From an uncultured Saprospiraceae bacterium (lineage in GTDB: Bacteria > Bacteroidota > Bacteroidia > Chitinophagales > Saprospiraceae), in assembly GCA_964397575.1 (NCBI GenBank), contig CAYNJK010000001.1, forward strand, positions 1 through 41,398: a stretch of 41,398 nucleotides of DNA, in the 5' to 3' direction. Position numbers and translations under genes: made by a program. Below the pieces are notes generated by a model. It worked only from the letters and a program-made list of their open reading frames with translations, did not search any database and had not been told where the DNA came from. This document shows, piece by piece, positions 7,668 to 16,017 of this stretch; position 1 is the stretch's first letter, and each line of letters begins with the position of its first letter.

Positions 7668-9431
7668 CTATCTCCAAATTTTGCTCAGCAAAAAGCCAGC
7701 TATCAAGGCAATAGCCCCAGTCATTAGACAAGCTGTAATATTCCCGTAGAGAAAATAGCCCGTGCTGAATAGGAAACTGTATATCATTACACAACCTAGG
7801 AACACCATCAATATCTCATCACCCAATGAGGATTTTCGAGTTTCCTCACTTTCTTGATCTACAACTGCAGCCACGGGTGCCCATCCGAAATTATGTGGTC
7901 TTATCTTCCTATAAAAATTGGTCAAAGTCTTCTTATCTGTAGGTCTTGTTATAAAAGTCACTACTAACCAGGTAAAGGTGGTAATAGCAACTCCTATCAC
8001 CATGCGTTCGTATGATTCCAACGTCCCACCATATATAAATTCGAAATAAAATGCTACCAAAAACGAGACAATCATTGCACTGAGCTCGCTGTAAGCATTG
8101 ATTCGCCACCAAAACCAGCGTAACAAAAACAGCAATCCAGTTCCCGCCCCTATCTGCAAAAGAATTTCGAAAATTTGCATGGCATTGGTTAGATAAAGTG
8201 CCATGATAGCAGAAAGCAACATAAGTAGTGCAGTAGCTAGTCTTCCTATATTGACTAATTGCCGCTGGCTTGCATTGTTATCTATAAAGCGCTGATAGAA
8301 ATCTTGGACAACATAGGAAGAGCCCCAGTTTAGATGGGTGCTCAGAGTAGACATAAGAGCAGCGATCAAAGCAGCAATAACTAAGCCCACCAATCCTGCA
8401 GGCAGTAGTGTTAGCATTGCTGGAAAAGCAATATCATCTGCTACAATAGAATCGTCTATTCCTGGAAAGCTATCCTTAATATTATCCAGTTCTGGAAAGA
8501 CTATAAGAGAGGCCAAAGCAATCAAGATCCATGGCCAAGGGCGCAAAGCGTAATGTGCTACATTGAAAAGCAAGGTAGCCTTGACTGCATCTTTTTCATT
8601 CTTGGAAGATAACATACGCTGTGCGATGTAGCCACCGCCTCCAGGCTCCGCACCTGGGTACCATATACTCCACCACTGTACCGCCAATGGAATAAAAAAC
8701 AACGGAACAGCGACATTAGGGTCAGAGAAATCCGGAAAGAAAGAAGTCTTTGGCGTCACATTAGGATGGGATACTAAGGCTTCTAGACTTCCTATTTCGG
8801 GCAGATTGATAATATAAGCTGCCGCTATGACCATACCTATCATACTCAGCACGAACTGGAAAAAGTCAGTAAATACTATCCCCCTGAGACCTCCTAAGGC
8901 AGAATATAGTACTGTTATGAAGGAGACAATAAGAACAGACTGTACAGGAGAAAGACCAAGCATGATGCCGCCTATTTTTATACCTGCGAGTAAAACGGAG
9001 GCCATAATCATGACATTGAAAAAGACTCCTAGATATATGGCTCTAAATCCTCTTAGAAAAGTCGCTTCTGCACCACTGTATCGCAATTCGTAAAATTCCA
9101 GGTCGGTTGTAATTTCAGATCGCCGCCATAGCTTGGCATAAATAAAGACTGTAGTCATACCTGTGAGCAAAAATGCCCACCAGACCCAGTTTCCAGCTAC
9201 ACCATCATTTCGGATAATATCCGTGACTAGGTTAGGAGTATCTGCTGAAAAAGTGGTTGCGACCATCGATATGCCTAATAACCACCAGGGCATATCTCTA
9301 CCTGATAGAAAGAACTCCTTTACGTTACTGCTGGCCCTTCTAGAAACTACCAGTCCGACAATAAGTGTCACTGCAAAAAAGGCCGCAATTATCAGCCAGT
9401 CAAGGGTAGTTAGATTCATGGTATCAGGCAA
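7668..9431 (-). CDS. sodium:solute symporter family (SSS) transporter
   Basis: 587 aa with about 13 TM helices. Typical SSS N-terminus: FFLSGRDMPWWLLGISMVATTFSADTPN. It converges on recX with only 2 nt between the stop codons. Confidence 0.88.
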   Translation of the reverse strand: MPDTMNLTTLDWLIIAAFFAVTLIVGLVVSRRASSNVKEFFLSGRDMPWWLLGISMVATTFSADTPNLVTDIIRNDGVAGNWVWWAFLLTGMTTVFIYAKLWRRSEITTDLEFYELRYSGAEATFLRGFRAIYLGVFFNVMIMASVLLAGIKIGGIMLGLSPVQSVLIVSFITVLYSALGGLRGIVFTDFFQFVLSMIGMVIAAAYIINLPEIGSLEALVSHPNVTPKTSFFPDFSDPNVAVPLFFIPLAVQWWSIWYPGAEPGGGGYIAQRMLSSKNEKDAVKATLLFNVAHYALRPWPWILIALASLIVFPELDNIKDSFPGIDDSIVADDIAFPAMLTLLPAGLVGLVIAALIAALMSTLSTHLNWGSSYVVQDFYQRFIDNNASQRQLVNIGRLATALLMLLSAIMALYLTNAMQIFEILLQIGAGTGLLFLLRWFWWRINAYSELSAMIVSFLVAFYFEFIYGGTLESYERMVIGVAITTFTWLVVTFITRPTDKKTLTNFYRKIRPHNFGWAPVAAVVDQESEETRKSSLGDEILMVFLGCVMIYSFLFSTGYFLYGNITACLMTGAIALIAGFLLSKIWR

Positions 9432-9585
9432 AATTTGGTCGTAAGATAGGCAAAGGCGAGGAATCCAGCTAGACCTAGACTTATAGGATTATAGTCTATT
9501 CAGCAGCCGCCAAGAATAACAGGCAATAAAAAAGAAGAGACCTCAAAAATGAAGTCCCTGCTAATATTCATACTTATACTAACTT

Positions 9586-9927
9586 TTAATTCAGGTAGCC
9601 CTTTCTAAATATGATGCCTTTCTTAGCATCGTATCCAGGCCTTACGCCTCTATGTATCAGGGCTTGTTTGTAATGGTAGGTTCTGGAATCAATAAAGTAG
9701 ATTTTGCAACCGATAGCTTTATTTAACTCTTCATGGCTGTTTTTCCATAAATAAGCCAACTCTTGAGCTGTAGCATTAAGGTTCTTTTGCCACTTTTTAC
9801 TTAGGACTATCTCTAGGGTAAATATCCCATTGGAGAAATTAATGAGCTTGGAAGACAAGCCATAACCGACACGATAATACATGTCAGTTTCCATAAAGTG
9901 TTTTCTATTTATCTCTTCAATATTCAT
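9586..9927 (-). CDS. hypothetical protein (113 aa), no recognisable family
   Basis: A clean ORF with an ATG start and no signal peptide. It is flanked by 154-nt and 224-nt intergenic regions. Coding status is not otherwise supported. Confidence 0.4.
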   Translation of the reverse strand: MNIEEINRKHFMETDMYYRVGYGLSSKLINFSNGIFTLEIVLSKKWQKNLNATAQELAYLWKNSHEELNKAIGCKIYFIDSRTYHYKQALIHRGVRPGYDAKKGIIFRKGYLN

Positions 9928-10151
9928 TACAGCCTAAATGGAGCAGAAACTATGCCACAAAAGGGGCTGTATTTAGGCTTTTTATAATATGATTTCTACA
10001 AGCTAATCTGCTGTCTATCACTCATTTACGACATGTAGAGGTACTTGTATTATTTCAATTCCACATTTATAAAACATTGAATTAGTATGCCTTAAGAGAA
10101 GATATTGTTTGTTCAACTAAGTATATTCGTGAGGAATAAACTATTGGATAG

Positions 10152-11999
10152 ATGTTAGAATTAGGTGGCGTAATTATTTTAGGAATTTTAGCGCAGTGGG
10201 TTGCATGGCGAATCAAAGTGCCTGCTATCTTACCCTTATTACTCATTGGATTGGCTGTAGGACCGTTTTCTACACTGATTACAGCAGATGGATCTAAGCT
10301 ATTAGAACCCGTCTGGAATGGTACTAAAGGAATTTTTCCCGAAGCCCATTTGTTTCATTTCGTAGAATTGGCCATTGGTCTTATACTCTTTGAGGGAGGA
10401 CTGAGTCTACAGCGAGATGAGCTGAAAGGTGTCGGACCTTCTATAATTAACCTTATTACTCTGGGCTCTCTTGTCACCTTCTTGGGTGGTGCGGCACTTG
10501 CCCACTTTATAGTAGGCTTACACTGGGATATGTCTTTCTTGTTTTCAGGATTGATAATTGTTACGGGACCTACAGTAATAGGACCTATACTTCGTAACCT
10601 CCCATTAAAGCGGAATATCTCAGCTATACTGAAATGGGAAGGTATACTTATAGACCCTATAGGAGCCTTAGTTGCAGTACTTGTATATGAATTTATACAT
10701 CTGACACATTCTCCAGAGTTTGGTGGTGGAGGTGCATTTTCTGCAGAAGCTTTTAAGCATTTCATGTTGATTGCGTTGGTAGGTTCTGCACTGGGATTTT
10801 TCTTAGCGCATTTATTAAGGATATTCTTGCAAAAGCACTGGGTTCCTCATTATTTATTGACTGTTTTCACTTTGGCTTTCGTTCTGGCAGCCTTTGTAGG
10901 GAGTCATTTATTGGTTCCTGATTCTGGACTACTGACTGTGGTTGTCTTAGGTATGGTGGTAGGAAATATAGATATGCCCCATAAAAACGAGATAATATAT
11001 TTCGGTGAGTCTATTAGTATCCTTTTGATAGCCATCCTGTTCATTTTGTTATCAGCAAATATGAATATCAGCGAACTGGAATTGTTATTAGATTGGAAAA
11101 TCGGGGTGCTGTTTGCAGCCATCGTATTTCTTCTCAGACCTATTGGCGTCTTTCTGAGTACCTCTAAATCGTCTTTGACGACTAATGAAAAGCTTTTTGT
11201 CAGTTGGGTAGGACCGCGTGGAATAGTTGCCGCAGGTATCGCTTCCTTATTCGGAAGTAAACTGGCCTCAGAAGGCATTCATGGTGCAGAATACATAACA
11301 CCACTTGTTTTCATGATTGTTCTGGGTACTGTAATACTCAATGCTACTGGTGCAGGCTTAATTGCTAAATTACTTGGCGTATTGCTCGAAAAGAGCAACG
11401 GAATGCTGGTTGTAGGAGCGCACAGAGCCTCTAGACTAATAGCTAAATATCTCAAGGACAATGGCAAACACGTCATCCTCATAGACAGTAATACTGGAAA
11501 TATAGATAAAGCTCAAAAAGAAGGTATCAGTGCCTATACCGTAGATATCTATAAAGATGACCTCACTAACAATCCAGATATGAACGATGTCGGAATCCTA
11601 ATGGCTATGACTGGAAGTACAGAAGTAAATAAATATACTTTGGAAAACCTGACCAAAGACTTTGGTGAGCAGGGTGCTTACAGGCTTACTTCTGTAAATG
11701 AAATGCAGAATGGTGGTACAGTCGCTGGAACCAATCTTTTCTCTGACAAAGACGATTTTATCAATCTTCTAGAAGTAGCACGTGATTATCCAAACATCAA
11801 TGAAGTTCCGCTACAAAACAGAGATGAGCTGCTAGCTATCTTGAATAAGATAAATAGTACTGAGAAGGCTATTCCACTATTTGTAAAACGTGTGGAAACA
11901 AGCGAGTTTGATGTAATTCTTGCTGGAGCACAGCAAATGGACGTCCATGAAGGGGATCAGTTAATCTACTTAGGTAAGGAAGTGAATGTTTCGGCCTAG
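10152..11999 (+). CDS. cation:proton antiporter (Na+/H+ exchanger, CPA1-like) with a C-terminal TrkA-N/RCK-like domain
   Basis: About 12 TM helices, including LFEGGLSL and VSWVGPRGIVAAGIA motifs. These are followed by a Rossmann-like MLVVGAHRASRLIAKYLKDNGKHVILIDSN. Confidence 0.85.
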   Translation: MLELGGVIILGILAQWVAWRIKVPAILPLLLIGLAVGPFSTLITADGSKLLEPVWNGTKGIFPEAHLFHFVELAIGLILFEGGLSLQRDELKGVGPSIINLITLGSLVTFLGGAALAHFIVGLHWDMSFLFSGLIIVTGPTVIGPILRNLPLKRNISAILKWEGILIDPIGALVAVLVYEFIHLTHSPEFGGGGAFSAEAFKHFMLIALVGSALGFFLAHLLRIFLQKHWVPHYLLTVFTLAFVLAAFVGSHLLVPDSGLLTVVVLGMVVGNIDMPHKNEIIYFGESISILLIAILFILLSANMNISELELLLDWKIGVLFAAIVFLLRPIGVFLSTSKSSLTTNEKLFVSWVGPRGIVAAGIASLFGSKLASEGIHGAEYITPLVFMIVLGTVILNATGAGLIAKLLGVLLEKSNGMLVVGAHRASRLIAKYLKDNGKHVILIDSNTGNIDKAQKEGISAYTVDIYKDDLTNNPDMNDVGILMAMTGSTEVNKYTLENLTKDFGEQGAYRLTSVNEMQNGGTVAGTNLFSDKDDFINLLEVARDYPNINEVPLQNRDELLAILNKINSTEKAIPLFVKRVETSEFDVILAGAQQMDVHEGDQLIYLGKEVNVSA

Positions 12000-13062
12000 A
12001 ACTTTTTTTCTGGTTCTACTATTCTCTGGTTGCACCCTATTGCTAAGCGGGCAAGATGACTGTAACCAACTAGGTGTATGGGTATGGCGTATAGAACAAA
12101 CTGGATTCAGCCATGAGACACTGGCAAGAAATCTTGCTGCCATGGATGTAAAGCGGGTCTACATGAAAGTCGCCGATGGCGCTATAGACAGTCTTGCCTG
12201 GCCAGAACTCGTAGATACAGAACTGGTAGAAAGTTATCATGCTGAGGGGGTAGAAATATGGGGCTGGTCTTACAACTATGATTCTAACAAAGAAAGACAG
12301 GCTGCAGCCTTGTACAGAGCGGCTCAGACCGGATATGATGGCTTCGTGGTGGATGTAGAAATGGAATTCGATGGCCTCGTGGAACCTTTACGTCTCCTCT
12401 TTGAAGCTTTTGATCAAGCACGACATCAGGTATTAGATGATGGCATTGCTCAGGATAGTTTTCCTCTTTACTGTACCACCTGGGGTAATCCTCGTGATCA
12501 TAATTTCAGCATCTCTAGCATAGACCCCTATGTAGATGCCTTCATGCCTCAAACTTATGTGGAATTATGGGGACAGAACTTTATAGACAATATATCTTAT
12601 TGGATAGAGGAAGGCAATGTGGAGTATAGATTTCTTGGAGCGACTAAGCCTATACACCACATAGCTTCTACAACGACACCAGACATGACTTCAGATCTTA
12701 TAGAGGAGTTTCTGATGGCGTCGGGACCAGAAACCTCTCTATGGAGAGTCCCTGGCGGAGGTGTTTCATTAGATATATGGCAAACTTGGCAAGATGTAGA
12801 CTGGTCTACTGATTTCTGCAAGCTAGTATCCTCTAATGAAGAAATAGGGTCAGAATCTCCACAATTTTATCCAAACCCTACTTTAGATCATGTCCGATTA
12901 TCTAGAAGTGATGGTAGCTATAACTTATACGACTTATATGGCAATAAGCTCAAAGCAATTGCAGAAGGTGTACAGTCTATAAGCCTTACAGAACTAGATG
13001 CTGGCATCTACATATTACGTTCTGAAACTGATGGCTCTGGTATAAGAATCATAAAACTATAG
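11986..13062 (+). CDS. secreted protein with a T9SS type A C-terminal sorting domain; the N-terminal domain may be a glycoside-hydrolase-like TIM barrel
   Basis: Signal peptide MFRPRTFFLVLLFSGCTLLLSGQ. The C-terminus FYPNPTLDHVRLS…GIYILRSETDGSGIRIIKL is a Por-secretion tail. The GH-like call (RVYMKVADG…GYDGFVVDVEMEF) is weak. It overlaps the antiporter 3' end by 14 nt. Confidence 0.75.
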   Translation: MFRPRTFFLVLLFSGCTLLLSGQDDCNQLGVWVWRIEQTGFSHETLARNLAAMDVKRVYMKVADGAIDSLAWPELVDTELVESYHAEGVEIWGWSYNYDSNKERQAAALYRAAQTGYDGFVVDVEMEFDGLVEPLRLLFEAFDQARHQVLDDGIAQDSFPLYCTTWGNPRDHNFSISSIDPYVDAFMPQTYVELWGQNFIDNISYWIEEGNVEYRFLGATKPIHHIASTTTPDMTSDLIEEFLMASGPETSLWRVPGGGVSLDIWQTWQDVDWSTDFCKLVSSNEEIGSESPQFYPNPTLDHVRLSRSDGSYNLYDLYGNKLKAIAEGVQSISLTELDAGIYILRSETDGSGIRIIKL

Positions 13063-13092
13063 AGCTACGAAATAAGCTTTACTAAGGAGCAT

Positions 13093-13127
13093 AAAAAAAG
13101 GAGTGCAGTTTCTGCACTCCTTTTAAA
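13093..13127. terminator. bidirectional intrinsic terminator between convergent genes
   Basis: AAAAAAA-GGAGTGCAG-TTT-CTGCACTCC-TTTT forms a 9-bp GC-containing stem with a 3-nt loop. An A tract precedes it and a T tract follows. Confidence 0.75.
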
Positions 13128-13145
13128 ATATATTTCTTACGCTAA

Positions 13146-13865
13146 CTATTCCTTAGTTAGTCTGATAACTTTCATAGATTGGTTAGAAGAATCTAACATT
13201 CTTACTAGATAGATACCCTTTTCTAAGCCAGATACATCGTGAGACTGTCCAGTCTTATGAGCTGTAGTCATTACTTTCTTGCCTACGATATTGTAGATTG
13301 CTAAGCTTTTTACACCTACGTCGTTCTTTACTTTGAACTCATCTATGGTAGGATTAGGATAAAGAAGTATATCGTCAGTCAACGCTTCTTCAGAGTCTAC
13401 TGAGCTGGTTCCTTGAGATACATTAAATGTCACTTCTACAGAACTTACCACATTTTCAGGCTCTATATTTCCACAATCTCTAATTATGAAAAAGTTTACG
13501 GAATGAGTACCATTCAGTCCATTAGGATGAACTCCAACTTTAAACCATGAGATAGACTCTCCTGGTGCAAGAACATTGACAAACTGAGGATCACCGCAGA
13601 TAGAACTTTCTTGTCCTTCTGAATAGCAGATAACTGCATCACAAACTGTAAACGACCATTCAGCTGGAGCACTATCGCGATCCAACTGCCAAGAGAAGCT
13701 TTCGTTCTCTGTACCTGAATTTGTTACTGTAAAAGTGTATTCTATTTCCTCATCTGTAACAACGCCTTCCATAGCGCCCACAGACTCTAGCACAAGCTGA
13801 GAAAAGCCACTTGTAGCAAAAAGTAAAATAGAAAAAAGTAAAATGTTCCTCATAAGCCTTCTCAT
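13146..13865 (-). CDS. secreted hypothetical protein with a T9SS type A C-terminal sorting domain
   Basis: Signal peptide …ILLFSILLFATSGFSQ. The C-terminus is LLYPNPTIDEFKV…GIYLVRMLDSSNQSMKVIRL. The real start may be the Met at 13853, given the -7-like motif at 13871..13878. Confidence 0.75.
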   Translation of the reverse strand: MRRLMRNILLFSILLFATSGFSQLVLESVGAMEGVVTDEEIEYTFTVTNSGTENESFSWQLDRDSAPAEWSFTVCDAVICYSEGQESSICGDPQFVNVLAPGESISWFKVGVHPNGLNGTHSVNFFIIRDCGNIEPENVVSSVEVTFNVSQGTSSVDSEEALTDDILLYPNPTIDEFKVKNDVGVKSLAIYNIVGKKVMTTAHKTGQSHDVSGLEKGIYLVRMLDSSNQSMKVIRLTKE

Positions 13866-13870
13866 TTACA

Positions 13871-13878
13871 CAAATATA
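13871..13878 (-). promoter_or_regulatory. candidate -7 element (TATATTTG on the minus strand)
   Basis: CAAATATA on the plus strand lies only 5 nt upstream of the ATG at 13865. It fits better with the internal ATG at 13853. This is a motif match only. Confidence 0.25.
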
Positions 13879-13978
13879 AAGAAATTAAGGCATTTTAGTT
13901 TCTGAAAGAAACGTTAATATCAAAGAAAGTCGCAATAAGTTCAACACCAACTTTTAATTCTGTCTGCTCACTTACAAT

Positions 13979-15904
13979 CTATTGTCTAATTACGACTAAA
14001 GGCTTGGTAATCAACGCCTTGTTGTTTCGAATTATAATTTGGTACATTCCATCCACTAAATCATTTACTGGCAGCCTAAGTCTGTTTTGACCAACTATAA
14101 TTCTGTGTTTTTCTATCAATACAGAATTACCTAGGGAATTAATCAGTTCTAAGTGTATATCGGTACTCTCTGTACTTACTAGGTCAATATTTGTCTCGGA
14201 TACGGCAGGATTTGGAAAAATATCAACCTTCGAGATTGGATTATAAGTCTCTATAGTCTTAGAATCCAAATCCAACTGACTCTCCACAGCATGAACAATC
14301 TCACCTGTCTCTATGTCCAAGGCCAAGGCAACCAGCGTTATTTCTTGCTCATCAAAAAATGATGGCAACACATAATTCACCTCATAAGTATTGATTTCGC
14401 CGGCATTTAGATCGTCTATAGAATTTATAATTCCATCATAGGCCCCGAAAAGTTCTCTTACAACATCATTATAGACACTACTAGCAGCTGGAACAGGATT
14501 ACTAAGTTCACTCCAGTTGACACCATCTACTCCAGACAGATCCACATTTGCTACCTCAAAACTGAAATTGTTTGCCTGAGCAAAATCATCTGAATCTCCA
14601 GTAATGTTATCCTCCAGAATCATAAAGCTGTATCGATGCGTTTCGCTACTTAGTGCAGTATGTGCCTCTGAGCTGACCAGCACACCTAGAGCCCTGGTCT
14701 CTTCATCATAACTGAAATCAAGTTCCATACTCAGAGGAGCTATTCTTCTAAACTCGTCTAGAAAATAGGGTTCTACCTCAGGATGGCTCAGATGCCTCTG
14801 ACGGCCGACAAATGCTGACGGAAAGCCCATGAATCCTGCTTGATTTTGTAGTCCTAGATCATAAGGAATATTGACCATTGGGTCATTAGAATGCGAAGAA
14901 ATATTGATAACCTCATCTAGATATTTTAGTTCCATAATTTCTTTCCAGACGATGCCTTCAGGACACCATCCGCAAGCTGTGCTCGTAGCTTCTTCGTACA
15001 CAAAGGTTTTTAGTGGCGGGTTTTCCACCAAGAAGATTCTTTTATTTACTGACTGCTCATCTACTGGCATTCCATTTACTTGGGTGATTATCGCAGAAAT
15101 ATCATACCGGTCTGCTGCAAAAGGAAACAGGTCTGCAAAGGGAATAAAAGCGGTTTCTTGTGGCTGTATAGCTAAGTTATCAAAGACTGTTTCTCCTACT
15201 TGCCCGTTTATATCTCCAGCAATGGTGAGACTCATTATAAGATCAGAGCCGGCATTGAATATCTCTAATTCCAGCAGCCTGTCATTGAGGTCTTGATACC
15301 GCTCACCTACTATGCTGATCAGCTCTGCAGAAGTTGTAGAACTAGGTGTTGTGACTAGTATATCATCTATGGTAAGTGCAAAATTATCTACACCTATCTG
15401 GTTAAACGCAAATCTTATTTCTTGTCCTGCATAAGCACTGAGATCCAAACTTCTTTCCGTCTGAGTAGAGTTCTCGGCTAACTGTTCGAATGCAATAGTC
15501 GTAAATTCATCTGTCCCTGATCCACCTTCAGAAATAAGCACTCTGTAATCCTCCAACTTATCCGCTTCACCTGATAAAGACGAGGCTTTCCATTGCAGTA
15601 CGGTGCCAGGTGCAGGTATGGTTATAAGCGGTGAGATAAGCCAGTTGTCAGCAGGTGCATCAGCATCCAAGAAAGTAGATACTCCTAATGCTCGAAAATC
15701 ATCTGGTCCACTAACTGGAATTATATTGAAAGCCCCTATTAGGCCTACAAACTCCGATGACAGGAATTCCATATCGACATCTACAGTCTGAAAAGTGCCT
15801 AGATTTTGTTGTTGAAAATTCTGAAACAGAAGTGTATCCTGAGCAGATGAAAAGCTAACAACTAGAAGGAAGAATAAAGACAGAAAAAGTTTCTGAATAT
15901 ACAT
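13979..15904 (-). CDS. T9SS type A cargo: choice-of-anchor-J-like N-terminal domain plus Omp28-related thioredoxin-like domain
   Basis: Signal peptide present. N-terminal module: …DNWLISPLITIP…LQWKASS…DYRVLIS…LDLSAYAGQEIRFAFNQ…LTIDDILV. Central module: FVYEEATSTACGWCPEG (CxxC). C-terminus: IFPNPAVSETNIDL…GMYQIIIRNNKALITKPLVV. Confidence 0.75.
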   Translation of the reverse strand: MYIQKLFLSLFFLLVVSFSSAQDTLLFQNFQQQNLGTFQTVDVDMEFLSSEFVGLIGAFNIIPVSGPDDFRALGVSTFLDADAPADNWLISPLITIPAPGTVLQWKASSLSGEADKLEDYRVLISEGGSGTDEFTTIAFEQLAENSTQTERSLDLSAYAGQEIRFAFNQIGVDNFALTIDDILVTTPSSTTSAELISIVGERYQDLNDRLLELEIFNAGSDLIMSLTIAGDINGQVGETVFDNLAIQPQETAFIPFADLFPFAADRYDISAIITQVNGMPVDEQSVNKRIFLVENPPLKTFVYEEATSTACGWCPEGIVWKEIMELKYLDEVINISSHSNDPMVNIPYDLGLQNQAGFMGFPSAFVGRQRHLSHPEVEPYFLDEFRRIAPLSMELDFSYDEETRALGVLVSSEAHTALSSETHRYSFMILEDNITGDSDDFAQANNFSFEVANVDLSGVDGVNWSELSNPVPAASSVYNDVVRELFGAYDGIINSIDDLNAGEINTYEVNYVLPSFFDEQEITLVALALDIETGEIVHAVESQLDLDSKTIETYNPISKVDIFPNPAVSETNIDLVSTESTDIHLELINSLGNSVLIEKHRIIVGQNRLRLPVNDLVDGMYQIIIRNNKALITKPLVVIRQ

Positions 15905-15926
15905 ATGTAAGTAATTATTATATGTC

Positions 15927-15934
15927 CAAAGTTA
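15927..15934 (-). promoter_or_regulatory. candidate -7 element (TAACTTTG on the minus strand)
   Basis: CAAAGTTA on the plus strand lies 23 nt upstream of the ATG at 15904. This is a motif match only. Confidence 0.3.
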
Positions 15935-16017
15935 AGTGATACTGCCTTATAATGTCACCTTATTTATAATAGTCACCTTCATTAATGACAGAGCCAAGAA
16001 ATAGATTGACACCAATA

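Noticed and set aside
10355..11482. Three minus-strand ORFs (136, 124 and 67 aa) inside the antiporter gene
   Set aside because: They are antisense to a polytopic transporter with clear motifs. These are typical shadow ORFs.
11986..12060. Lipoprotein call for the 358-aa T9SS cargo protein, based on LFSGC
   Set aside because: The Cys sits in the middle of the hydrophobic core, with more hydrophobic residues and an SGQ site after it. A T9SS tail also argues for SPI processing. I kept this only as a remark.
14871..15296. 141-aa plus-strand ORF inside the 641-aa T9SS gene, with similar cases at 15603..15791, 17177..17410 and 17530..17853
   Set aside because: They are antisense to genes with a signal peptide, domains and a sorting tail. 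There are no supporting features.
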